Positions 27,020 through 38,126 of a stretch of 64,000 nucleotides of DNA are shown piece by piece (positions within the stretch are counted from its first letter, which is position 1; each line of letters opens with the position of its first letter). This stretch comes from Dicyema japonicum (lineage: Eukaryota; Animalia; Dicyemida), in NCBI GenBank assembly GCA_011109175.1, contig RDEW01000085.1:74426-138425 (forward strand), written 5' to 3'. The notes under the pieces were generated by a model. That model was not told the origin of the DNA. It saw only the letters and a program-made list of their open reading frames with translations, and ran no database searches. A program made the position numbers and the translations under genes.

Positions 27020-29209
27020 TTATAAATAAAATAGTTTATGTTGTAAATCTGTATGAAAGTCCTCCATTAAATATTTTCCAGACATGCTCGCCAATTTATG
27101 AGCTAACATGGAGACAGAAGGTATGGTGCACATCTGAACATATAACAAGTCATTAATACAGAAAATGTAGGGTACGTCTTAGTGAAGGCATAAGATAGAT
27201 GATGACACAAATCAGGAGATAACATAGCCTCGTTATGCAAGACGTTATAATAGGGAAACAAGTGGGAAGAGTGACTGTCCTCAAAGTCACACGAAGACAA
27301 ATAAAAGTCAAATCTACAAAAAGAACCCTCCATCACCTCCCAACACGTGTCAATCCAGAGTCAATCACAGTCCCACATAGTTTATTCACCTGTGAAAAGA
27401 AAATGTTACTCACACGTTTGTTCACTACAACAAACATCAATTTAGGCGCCAATTTTCGGTTACTTTAAACAATCACAGACAAATCAACCCCCAAGGACAA
27501 ATTTCCTCACAGGCACATTTCACAGCCTCCAAAGCTTGGTTGACCTCAACATCCCTCACAGTCCTCAGCATATCATCAGAAATCCCATCTCTATATATGA
27601 TCAAATTCCCAGGGAGTCTCCCATTGAAGCGATACCACCTCCTCAAGCCAACTAAGAATATGTTAACAAAGTAACCCAAAATATGACGGAACAAGTGGTT
27701 ATTTATTTCTTGCCCAGTCTCTACAAACTCAATCTGATTGTGCACGTGGCCATCTAGTCCCAAAGTAGACACAACGGCGGTAACACTGCGGAGAGATAAC
27801 TCGTAGTGATGGAACGTGTCCATTCCAACAATCATGGAGTCTTCCAATATGTTCAAACCACGTGTTATTGAATGAGGAATTGTAACACCAGTCTTTATCC
27901 GCCCACATTTAGCGAGAATCTGCCTGGTGAGAGTTTCCAAAATGGAGTCATTACACAATGCCAGGTGGATAGTTCTCAGCCGCACAATCTGAGTACTGAC
28001 TAAACATAACTACCAAATCTACCCCCCATAGCCACAGATGCTTCCCATTTTAACTCACAGTAGCCATTGTCGCTATATTTGGGGATCACAATAAGGTAAA
28101 TGTCCGCAGGGGAAGAAGATCGAAGGGCAGAGATGCACTTGCTAATCTTGACCTCGTCCACGTCAACCCTGCAAGTTACCCCAACCCATACAAGGCCACT
28201 CGTTCGATATTGCAGTCAAACTTCGACAACGAATAATCAGACAAAGCAGCAGAGAACGAAATGATGTCTTCTATCCAGTCCTCGTGGTATATGAAGGCAC
28301 ATTTGACAGTAGTTCCACAGGACGACTAAAAATTAAGAAAGAAGTAACTGTTTTTGACGATACCTTGATTTTCCTGCATTTTACGGAATCTGGGTTTTCC
28401 ACAGAGATATACCACATGTCAAACAGCTCAGAACCATGAAAATAACGAAAGTAAAAGTCCTCAATCATTTTCGACTTTTCATTCACTCCCAATTTGGTCC
28501 CTGAGCAGTCGTTTAGGTACCGTTCTAAATCACCCCCAGTATAGTTATCTGTAAATGACTGTAACTTCAGCTTCAAAGTACCATTCGCCAGATATTTCAG
28601 TTTGGGGGAAAACACCAGGTAGTAACAGTCGTCTCCCCCACGTATTCCAACAGTCATCCCCGTGTATTGTTTAGTTCTAGACTGGAAAACCATTGACCAA
28701 CTCTGCATCCACGTGATCCGGGAACGCGTAGTAGAATTCATTCACTATCGCTGTTAGACCACGTGATTGGAGATATCTATAATCACTAAAGAAAGAGTAA
28801 CTGCTTAATATAGTATGAAAGGAAGTAAATGACAAAAGAACTGTCTTCAGACACACACCGAGGGTTTGAGAATAGGCCTCTGAGGTCGGTCTACAATAAG
28901 AGCACGTGCTACTGGCAGATCCTGACATTTCGTGAAACCAAACTGAAATCCATCGTACAAAAAATTCTGTAAATTACTGCTAACATGTGAATCTCCGAGT
29001 TTCTCGTGGACATATAAACTCCATTTTGGTTGTAGGGATACAAAGTAAGCATTTGTAGTGATACTTAAGGGCTGACCTTTGTCCCCTGTTCTGATTTGCA
29101 ATTATTTACCTTTTTTGGGTTCTATTTGGAGATTAATAGGCGCAAGTGTACTCTTTATATAATTTAATTTAATGTTTGGAGTCTTGCAGTATAATCTTTT
29201 AATGATCAT
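27020..29209 (-). CDS. piwi: PIWI-clade Argonaute, divergent, apparently lacking the PAZ domain; ~10-12 short introns
   Basis: N-term KKG/DKGQPLSITTNAYF..KWSLY; MID YCELK..STQIV..RQILAKCG; PIWI IVGMD, GQE, IIYRDG, FVVVNKR, GTVID, FDFYL, LAHKLA and PIWI-subfamily C-terminus LQHKLFYL-stop (27020). Confidence 0.9.
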
Positions 29210-29574
29210 TTATAACAGTCATTCGGTAGTCTGTTTCAATATTTTTTGAATTTCATTTATTATTTTTAGTTAATAATTTAAACATTAATTAAATATTTTA
29301 AAATAAATAATTAACTAATCGAATAAAACGATGCAAGCTTGTCTTCAACAAGTTGAATTAACATTGGATATGTCTAACGACTATGTCTGTAAAGAGAACA
29401 AGGCCGCGTGGCGACATGTGGTACTTCGTGGCTAATTTTTAGTTAATAATTTAAACATTAATTAAATATTTTAAAATAAATAATTAACTAATCGAATAAA
29501 ACGATGCAAGCTTGTCTTCAACAAGTTGAATTAACATTGGATATGTCTAACGACTATGTCTGTAAAGAGAACAA

Positions 29575-29895
29575 GGCCGCGTGGCGACATGTGGTGCTTC
29601 GTGGATAATTAGTCGAAGTTTATGATTGATCGCCTGTTCCTCATCTCTCTTCCTATTAGAGTAGCGTCATGTGATCCACCTGTCTAGGTGGCGCCCAGTG
29701 CCAGGCCGACACGAGAAAAGATAATTTTCTCTCCCCCACTCCACTGGAGGGGATTCCACAATTGCAAGTATGGACGTCTTTTACCCTTTATGCTGATTCC
29801 GGATGGACTCTGTTTCTGTGGAAGTGTTAACAGGATACACTTAATTAGTTGTTGACTTTATCTTCTTTCTCGGTGTATCCTGGGTTAATGAATAA
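29575..29895 (+). repeat. SINE-like non-autonomous retroelement, full length
   Basis: ggccgcgtggcgacatgtgg ... gtgtatcctgggttaatgaataaa; atatgtctaacga repeated at 29541-29553 and 29896-29908 (probable TSD). Confidence 0.85.
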
Positions 29896-29989
29896 ATATG
29901 TCTAACGAATCTACCTGCCGATATGTGTGGTCACAAAACAAGTCGTTTCTTCCATTCAAGACTAGAAGCCTCAAATACACGTAAATTAA

Positions 29990-30175
29990 GAAAAAAACCC
30001 ACCCCTCTTCAAATTTTAATGAAAAGTGATCGTCGTCGATACAGGAAAGCCGTGGGTACTCTGGATGAACATAAGAAAAACCTTTCAATTTTTTGAAGCG
30101 TAACGGGATCACTTAATTGGTTGGTTTACTCCTTTCTTGGTGTTTCCTTTTTTGGGTTATTAAATAAAATAAATG
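29990..30175 (+). repeat. LINE 3' end fragment
   Basis: Reverse-complement similarity to 13375-13550; GGGATCACTTAATTGG tail followed by an A-rich end. Confidence 0.6.
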
Positions 30176-30920
30176 AACTATGCGGGTAGTGCTTTGGCTT
30201 GTGTAGTATTTACCTGTGAGTTAGATTCCCACATCGCTACCTACTTGGTCGAAGGATTTTTTCAGCTCTTTCCCCCTAAAAATTCTAGAAGCGTCTTTGG
30301 ATCCACCTTATTCTAGAAGACACTCAATGCCCCCGAGGATTTAGATAGAATCCCTTTCTTCTCTACTCCAGTGAAGGTTGGAAAGGTAGAGATACATACT
30401 TCTCTTACTAAAACCTCCTTCAAGTATATCCTGGGTTATTATAGAAAGTACGCTTCCTAGACCGCCTTCAATTTATTCTTCGCATCAGATCCACATGAAT
30501 GATCTCTAGGAACCGTTAAGTTCTTGTTAGCCACTGTTTTTCTCCAACACCGGTACTTTAACTTGCGAAAAAATAATACATTTGTATGCCATAAAAACCA
30601 ACTGTATCCCCCAAAAACACAAATTAATATGCCTACTCCATTCTCTTCACGTATCTTCGCATCGACCCCTTAGCGAAAATCAACGCCCTAGGAAGGAGTG
30701 CCGGAAACGACATTGCCAAAGAATCTAATATTGGTCAAAAAATATGCAAGTAGAAAAATTACAAATAAAAGTGAAGTTATTAGCGGAAATCATTTTTGAG
30801 CCGATTTAAACCACGTGAATAAATTGGATTCATTTCTACTATAAAAAACAAGCAGAAACCTCAGCTTAATACACTGGGATCCATCATTTTTAATGTTATT
30901 CACTAGAGTACTCACGGAAA

Positions 30921-31944
30921 TCATTTCTGAGCCGATTTAAACCACGTGAATAAATTGGATTCATTTCTACTATAAAAAACAAGCAGAAACCTCAGCTTAA
31001 TACACTGGGATCCATCATTTTTAATGTTATTCACTAGAGTACTCACCGGGCTATAGGACAATCTGTATTCATTATTAAGCAAGTCGTCAACATTCTGATG
31101 AATAAACGACACCAAACCGATTTGTCCCACGTAACAGTTAGCCAGTCGTCGGCCTTATCAGGAGTGAGGAGCGCCTAAGTAAAAACAAGCGACAAACAGG
31201 CATTCTGCTGTGTACTCCCCTCATATCTCCATTGGCATCCGTTGTTACAATCGATAAATATTTTGTTTTCCCTCCAAGAACGAGCCCAGCCATCAAAAGA
31301 ATGGGCCACGTAGGAGATTCAAAGTCGGTGGAGTAGTCTTGAAACAAATACGGTAGCTTTCCACCTGCAGTTGTTTTCCATTCATAAAATCTGAAATTAA
31401 CCACGTGGAATCACCCATCAACAACAGCGATACATCGTCCAGGAATATCAAACTCACGTGTACTGAATTTTTCAAGCAAAGTCTCCTTTCTATAATTAAT
31501 GCGGAGAGGCTGACTACTGGACTCTTTACATCCTCCCCAACTTTAGTTAATAACGGTACTAATACTTCATATAAGCATCGTCCAGGAATATCAAACTCAC
31601 GTGTACTGAATCTTTCAAGCAAAGTCTCCTTTCTATAATTAATGCGGAGAGGCTGACTACTGGACTCTTTACATCCTCCCCAACTTTAGTTAATAACGGT
31701 ACTAATACTTCATATAAGTGAGAACATGCGCTGAATTCTCAGAGATGATAACTGGACTAGGAAATTGATAATAATTATTTACACGGAAGAGTAGGGTCCG
31801 ACGTTGTAACTCCTTTTGAAGGATTTGTTCTGAACAGTTGGGTTTAATTTGATCTTTGATTTCAAATTTTCAATGATTTCTTCAGGGGATGACAAACTTA
31901 CAATACAATCGCAAAAATCACAACCAAAGAATTCTACCACACAT
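30921..31944 (-). CDS. HMCES: HMCES / SRAP-domain abasic-site processing protein, ~7 introns
   Basis: Starts MCGR (catalytic Cys2); SYNVGP, RCIAVVDG/FYEWK, LMAGL, SIVTTDAN..HSRMP, PVSTLVNNIKNDGSQCI; internal duplication 31440-31720 probably an assembly artefact. Confidence 0.9.
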
Positions 31945-32429
31945 AAAGAGCGGGAAAAATAGACAAATTATTTTAGTAAACTATTTTTAATATTATAAAG
32001 ATTATAAATTTTATATTCACAAATAAATGATCTGTTACATAAAGCATCATAGGGTTAACAGTTCTGTCATGGCTTTGGTTCTCCTATTACTTACATGGTC
32101 GAGGTTTCTTTATTCAGTTCCTGTCGTCTACCTGATTTATGTGGAATCTAGTACCAGAGTGACATTTAAGAAGACCATTAAACCTCCCAACCCTGTTTGA
32201 TTATTCCTCAATGGTTCCTACAATTGGTATAAACTGGACGATTTCTTTCTTCTGGTTCAGGATGGACCTATAAGAACTTCCCAGTGTCTGTAGGAACCTG
32301 ATATTATGTGAAGAATTGACATTTGATCTGTAGAAGGTGAGTAGGGCACCTTCCACATTGTACACGAATGTGAATAACTCGATTTATAATAATTTTATTT
32401 TAAATTGACAACTCGTGAGTCCTGTGTCA

Positions 32430-32960
32430 AATTTCAAATGTGCTTATTAATCTGGTTGTTTCTGTCCTCATAGTTGGAATTCGAGTTTTTAGGATCATAC
32501 TGCAATTTTTTGAATTACTGATTGTTGTGAAATCTTGTGGCTCTGGAAGATACAAGAGAAACCCCGTGGTCTAAATAAGATATCTAAGTTTGGAAAATGA
32601 CCCGGACGTAATTTCCAGAAAATGGAAAAAAACATCATCATAGAGGGGTCTTTAAGGAAAACTATGGTTCGTGGGAACCAAGATCGTCTGGTGAGGTGGT
32701 GACGTATAATTTTTAATATCTCTAGTACAGTAGATGTCTTCAAGATGAATATTACCTCTCGCCCCATTCTCGGACTTGGAAACATCAGATACAAGAACTT
32801 CTAAAATATGGAAGCATTGGATGTACTACAATTTGAAAAAAATATCAAGGCAGACCAAGAATGACCCTACCAGTTATCCTTAACAATGACCTATCCAAAA
32901 TGACCTACACAACAGTACTATAGGACCTGATATGAGCCTCCACAAGATGAATATTAATTT
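32430..32960 (+). mobile_element. Decayed RTE-type LINE C-terminus
   Basis: QGRPRMTLPVILNNDL, homologous to the element at 111-917. Confidence 0.5.
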
Positions 32961-34207
32961 TTTANGAATGACCCTACCAGTTATCCTTAACAATGACCTA
33001 TCCAAAATGACCTACACAACAGTATTATAGGACCTGATACGAGCCTCCACAAGATGAATATTAATTTTTTATTTTATTTTTATTTTTTTTTATTTTTTTT
33101 ATTACAATGTATTTTATTATAAGGAAAAAGAATAGTTAATTTTAATTTTTATTTATTTAACCCATGACCAAGATGAATATTAATGATTACTATCTATCGA
33201 ACTTTATAATAATAAACAAAAATTATATAAAGAATATAGTTTAAATAAAATTGGTTTTTAAAAAAATAATACACTCTTTATTACAATCATTAGCATGAGG
33301 TCACTAATAGGAGGAAGTGGATGAAACTAACCAGTGATTTGCTAACTCGTGTTGCACATGCTTTGTCAAGTCCTATGACATAGCGATAATTGCTAATTAT
33401 AATAGCATGAGATCACAATATTAATGACTATTTTAATGTCACAATACGGCATGGAATATGAAAAATTATTTGAATAGTCACATTTTTCCATTTTTCTCTC
33501 TTCGTGTTCACTTTCTTCCACTTTGCTTTATCGACTCACATCCAACACTTTGGAGGTCTTCACAAAAGATGACTTTGGTTGTCAACCAAATTTATAAGTG
33601 GTGTTGAAAAATATACTTTCTTCTGCTAAACCTGACCTAGGCCACGCTTCTAAGCAAGTCGAGGATGAGAAGAAAGTACCGATGCAATTCAATTTTTTGT
33701 CCCCTGTTAAGATGTCAGATTTCCAGACTTCGAGAATTCCAAAAATAAGAAAATACGATATTCTCTCCACCAAAATCCGCATAAAGCCCGTGGTCGTAAA
33801 GTCTTTGGGTTCAAGGCGGTCTCTTTTCTATGATCTTTTGGGTCTATGATATAGAAAGTGAGTAACGAGCGTCGGGAAACTGAGTGACAGTTCCAAAGGA
33901 TTTCTCTGCAGCAGTTGTCAGGAGAAGCACACACTCAATTCTTTCAGCAGGACCATTGTGATTGTTTTGCCACGTAATAAATTGATTTAAATAAATTTTT
34001 TTTAATAAAAATGGCCCACATGTAGAGTAAACCCCCAATAATCCGAACTTTAATAATCTGAATTTTTTGATGAGTCAGCTAAATTTCATCAAAATTTAAT
34101 TGTTCATAAACCGAAACTTCATAATCCGCAATCCGAAAGACATTATTCAAAATTTCGGAGTAATTAATTCTGTTTTTATTCTACACATAATTATTATTAT
34201 CCAAAAA

Positions 34208-34990
34208 TCAATCAATCAAAAGTGGTCCCCGACAACATAATCGACGTTGAGTTGCCTGTCGCGATCGCAACAGAGATTCACTGGAGAAGCCACCGTGACT
34301 TTTTAGTGTAGCTATGTGTCTAAGATTCTTTAGGAAACGAATTCCTCCAGTAGTTTCAATAACTATGGGGTAGAACGTGAATCGATCGCGTAGCTCTTCG
34401 TATTTTTTCTCCTTTGCCCTCATTTTTTTTGCGGGATACAGTGAGTCTACCGCGCTTCCGATAATGTTAGATGGGAAAAGGAGGTCGACAAACGTAGCAT
34501 CCCATATCAAAAGTTTTCCCTCCTCGAATGGAAAAATTGTGATTTAGTTAGGCCGTTTTTCGTCTCCTCTGTCCAAGTATGGTGGGGCATCCATCAGACT
34601 CCAGGGCTTGTTTACCAAGTCCGTTGATCTCCTCATATCTTTGGAATTGTCCTGCACTTTTTCGACAAGAAAAGGATAAAGTCCATAACAGTCGACAGTG
34701 CCATCAGACCGGTATTTGTGAGTCTGCCAAATCTTCAGTCCAAGTCTGGTGGAGATGCCGATGTGGACAGTATCGTCGTCAAACTTGGTTCCGACACTAC
34801 CAACAGAGAGGGCATTGATCCAAGCGCCACTCCATTCGCATCTTCGAGTGACTAGACAGGCACATCGAGAGATGCCGATGTGGACAGTATCGTCGTCAAA
34901 CTGGGTTCCGACACTACCAACAGAGAGGGCATTGATCCAAGCGCCACTCCATTCGCATCTTCGAGTGACTAGACAGGCACATCGATGTTA
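34208..34990 (-). mobile_element. CRE-like retrotransposon C-terminus (RLE)
   Basis: SGAWINAL...LIWDATFVD...KEKKY..FYPIVIETTG. Confidence 0.75.
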
Positions 34991-35499
34991 ATTTGATTGG
35001 TTCAGTAGCCTCTCATATTCATCTTCGCAGATTATCCTGTAACGGTATTTCTGCCTTTACATTATTTGAATTTAAATTTAAAATCTTACAGTGCCACATG
35101 GTTAGAAAGAGGACCGAAATGTCAATTGCACAGAAAAGAAAGATTTGTAAAATAAAAATACATAAAAAATGGCTCAACGATTTCATAAATTTTTGAAAGC
35201 CGTGAAAAGTGGGAAAACTATAAACTTAATAATTCACTTGTTTAATAGATTTTAAGGATTTTATTTATTTAACCCCAAAACCACTAAAAAGGATAGGTCA
35301 AAACTAACTAATTAAGTGATCCCAGTCTCCAACAACATCCGAACTCTCTTGATATGGTCTTCTGATGACCCAACCATATTCCGGAAGCGTTTAAAAACGT
35401 GGCGTATGCGGTTCACCTGTTGTTGTGGTGGCGCTCAGTGCAAGTTCTCCATGGAAGAGAACCGTTCGACTTTTCATACCTTTCTGCGATCTTCAGAAG

Positions 35500-36030
35500 G
35501 GTGGCCTACCAACTCCCGCGTTTTCTCTTTACTACTTCTATCTGGTGATGTAGAACCTAATCCGGGACCCAATTGCACGCTGACTATTATACAATTAAAT
35601 GTAAATGGAATCCGCAATAAAGTGTTGGAATTACGATCCCTCTTATTTCATTTGAAAGTGGACATTGCCATCATTCAAGAATCGAAGCTCTATATAAAGT
35701 CCCCAACACTTTGTTTTCCTGGATATTGTGTACTTCGCAGGGACCGAACAAGAAATCTCGGAAAAAGATTATTGACCATCGTTAAGGATGGACTTAAATT
35801 TACGGATGTCACCCCTTCTGTATTTTCTCTCTGCGAAGGGGATCTTATTCTGGAACAGATTCTATTGAAGTTTCCTTTTCTTTGACGAGATGTTTTACAC
35901 TGTGCAATGTTTATATCCCACCTTAGGGGTCATGTACTACTTCCTAAATCCCCAACCTATTGAGACTGTGTGGACTAAAGGATCTGCTACTATGCGGAGA
36001 TCTAAATGCCAAACATCCACTCTGGCTCCG
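35500..36030 (+). mobile_element. LINE 5' fragment: 2A-like StopGo peptide followed by APE endonuclease
   Basis: FSLLLLSGDVEPNPGP (SGDVEPNPGP at 35541-35570), then IIQLNVNGIRNK..IAIIQESKL..RRDR..CGDLNAKHPLW. Confidence 0.85.
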
Positions 36031-36661
36031 GATTTTAAGGATGAATGCGATTAATGTTGTTATTGCTGAATATATTGCTAAAAATTAAAAAAATTAAAAT
36101 TATTTCCAGACCAAGGGTAACCAAACTAACTAACTCCACGATCCTGACTCGTTCCAACACTCCAGAACTTGTCACCAGGTAACAACGTTGTCCCTGGGGA
36201 AAAATGTTGAATTCTCTTGATGCCGGTCACGCATTGGGCGCCTCCTCAGTAAGGTGGATCCAGTGACGCCATCGGAAGGAAAATAATTTTGACAAACTAT
36301 CCACGTAGCATCACAATGGCGCCACGAATAATCGGTGAAAAGCTTGGAACAATGATCTTGAATGTAATAAAGGCTACACAGATTTAAAAGAAGATTTAAT
36401 CTTAAAATAAAGTTCTTCAAGGAAAAGCAAACACCTTCACACAAGATGAAATCTATTTGAAAATATGATTAAGTTAATAGAAATTGAACCTGACGTATTG
36501 CTTAACATAAATGAAATTGGACTCTTCAATCTTTCTCTTTTATAACAATTTCATATAAAGGTAGAAAAGGCATAAAACAATAAAAAGTGAGAATCAATAT
36601 AGCTCTTTGTGCAAATGGAACAATAGAAATTATACCTTAGAACATTATTATTTTATTTATT

Positions 36662-36937
36662 TATTAACCCCGAATACACCGAGAAAGAAGTTAAAGTAAA
36701 CAACCAATTAAGTGTATCTAGTTTCCACTAATACAGAAAGAGAGTCCATCCGGAATCAGCATAAAGGGTAAAAGACGTCCATAGTTGGATCCATTTTCTT
36801 GCCGGCCTGGCACTGGGCGCCACCTAGACGAGTGGATCACAAGACGTCACTCTAGTAGGAAGAGAGAGGAAGAAGAGACGAAAAAAGCAGAAATTTCAAC
36901 CAATTATCCACGAAGCACCACATGGCGCCACGCGGCT
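36662..36937 (-). repeat. SINE-like element with internal deletion
   Basis: Colinear with the 46860 copy, lacking ~45 bp of the middle. Confidence 0.85.
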
Positions 36938-37169
36938 ATATAATTTAACAAATAAAGAGGGTAGAAAAATTAATTTCAAGAAATAAAAGATATACAACGA
37001 TTTATGACTTTATTAAACATAATTTTTTTTTGCTACATTTTATATTTTGATATATTAAAATATATATTAATCACAATGAAATCAGTATATTTATTCCCTT
37101 CCCAATCCAAAAGGCACCAAATTTTTTTGTTCGGATTAACGAGGGTTTACTATATTTAAAGATGAATTT

Positions 37170-37430
37170 CCAGATCTCGATTGATGAGATAGAAAGAGAT
37201 CTGACGGGATGACTCTTTTCCCTTACACATCTGGTATATCTTTGGTCTAGGACGCAACTTGTGTTGCTACGTATTCAACACGAACATTCTTAAATCTGTT
37301 CAGACACCAGGAGCAGCTGCTTCAATAGCAGAAAACCTAAATCAAAAAATATTCTTGCCTTGGGGACCGGTGCTGCTTAACTTCTGTAGCAGTCAAGTTA
37401 TCAGGAGACGTTGGTCCAATGGCAGCTAAG
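37170..37430 (+). mobile_element. CRE-like RLE fragment
   Basis: Nucleotide similarity to 49655-49905. Confidence 0.65.
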
Positions 37431-37449
37431 AACGTATCAGTCGAGTAAG

Positions 37450-38090
37450 TGGACCTTCGCAGTCACTACGGCGCGTTCCATGGTTCATTCGTATCAAGAC
37501 TTCAAGTGGCAATGGTAACTCGAACTCTCCAGAAATCCAGCGTTCCGTGATTTTGGGAGCTTTTTTTCCGGCTAGCCTCGATCTTCAGGACATTCATCCA
37601 AAAGATAAGTGGGGCCCATATACCACATGCATAAGAGAAGCATGGTTCAATGATTTGTTTATATACAGTGCTCAAAACAGAATGCTTTTAGATCTCGATA
37701 AGCCTGTGAGGCATTTCAGAACATTAGTTTTCTTTTTGCAATTCGTAATTACGTTTTCAACATGGGGCGAGAAAGACATATTCATGTCAAAAATCACCCA
37801 ACGGATCCTTTGGGATTTTCTGAAAGGAATAGCTTCATTGTTTGCCTTCAGTTCGACTGTCCGTCTGGCCAGTCACTTGTATGAAGTAAATAACGTTGTG
37901 ACGGACTTTTCAATGCTGGCAGTTAGGCGGTTCTTCGATAGCCATTTGTCAAGACGGTCCAGGTTTTCTTGCAATTTTGAAGTGGCAATTTGGATGTCCT
38001 GATTGCGTGACACAATGACGATGTCGTAGACATAAGTTAGAATAATATCATTTTCGGAGTCTGGAGTGGAAATTTATGGAGACCACAGGC
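37450..38090 (-). mobile_element. Jockey/I-group LINE RT C-terminal fragment
   Basis: YDIVIVSRN..KLQENLDRLDKWL..KSVTTLFT..IFD..SFSPHVENV. Confidence 0.65.
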
Positions 38091-38126
38091 GTCTGTCAAT
38101 AAATTGATTTTATTAATAAAAAATAA

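Larger units (their letters stand above)
34025..37152 (+). mobile_element. pogo/Tigger DNA transposon, fragmented by nested insertions
   Basis: Imperfect TIRs ta|gagtaaacccccaataatccgaac (34025-34048) and gttcggattaacgagggtttacta|ta (37129-37152); HTH start MVRKRTEMSIAQKRKIC (35098) and DDE remnant (~36490-36620). Confidence 0.65.

Noticed and set aside
29575-29620. tRNA-like start GGCCGCGTGGC
   Set aside because: No B box or cloverleaf; it is the head of the SINE-like repeat, not a tRNA gene
27020-31944. Piwi + SRAP as a prokaryotic-style defence operon
   Set aside because: Both have spliceosomal introns and animal-type sequence and are separated by repeats; no evidence of bacterial origin
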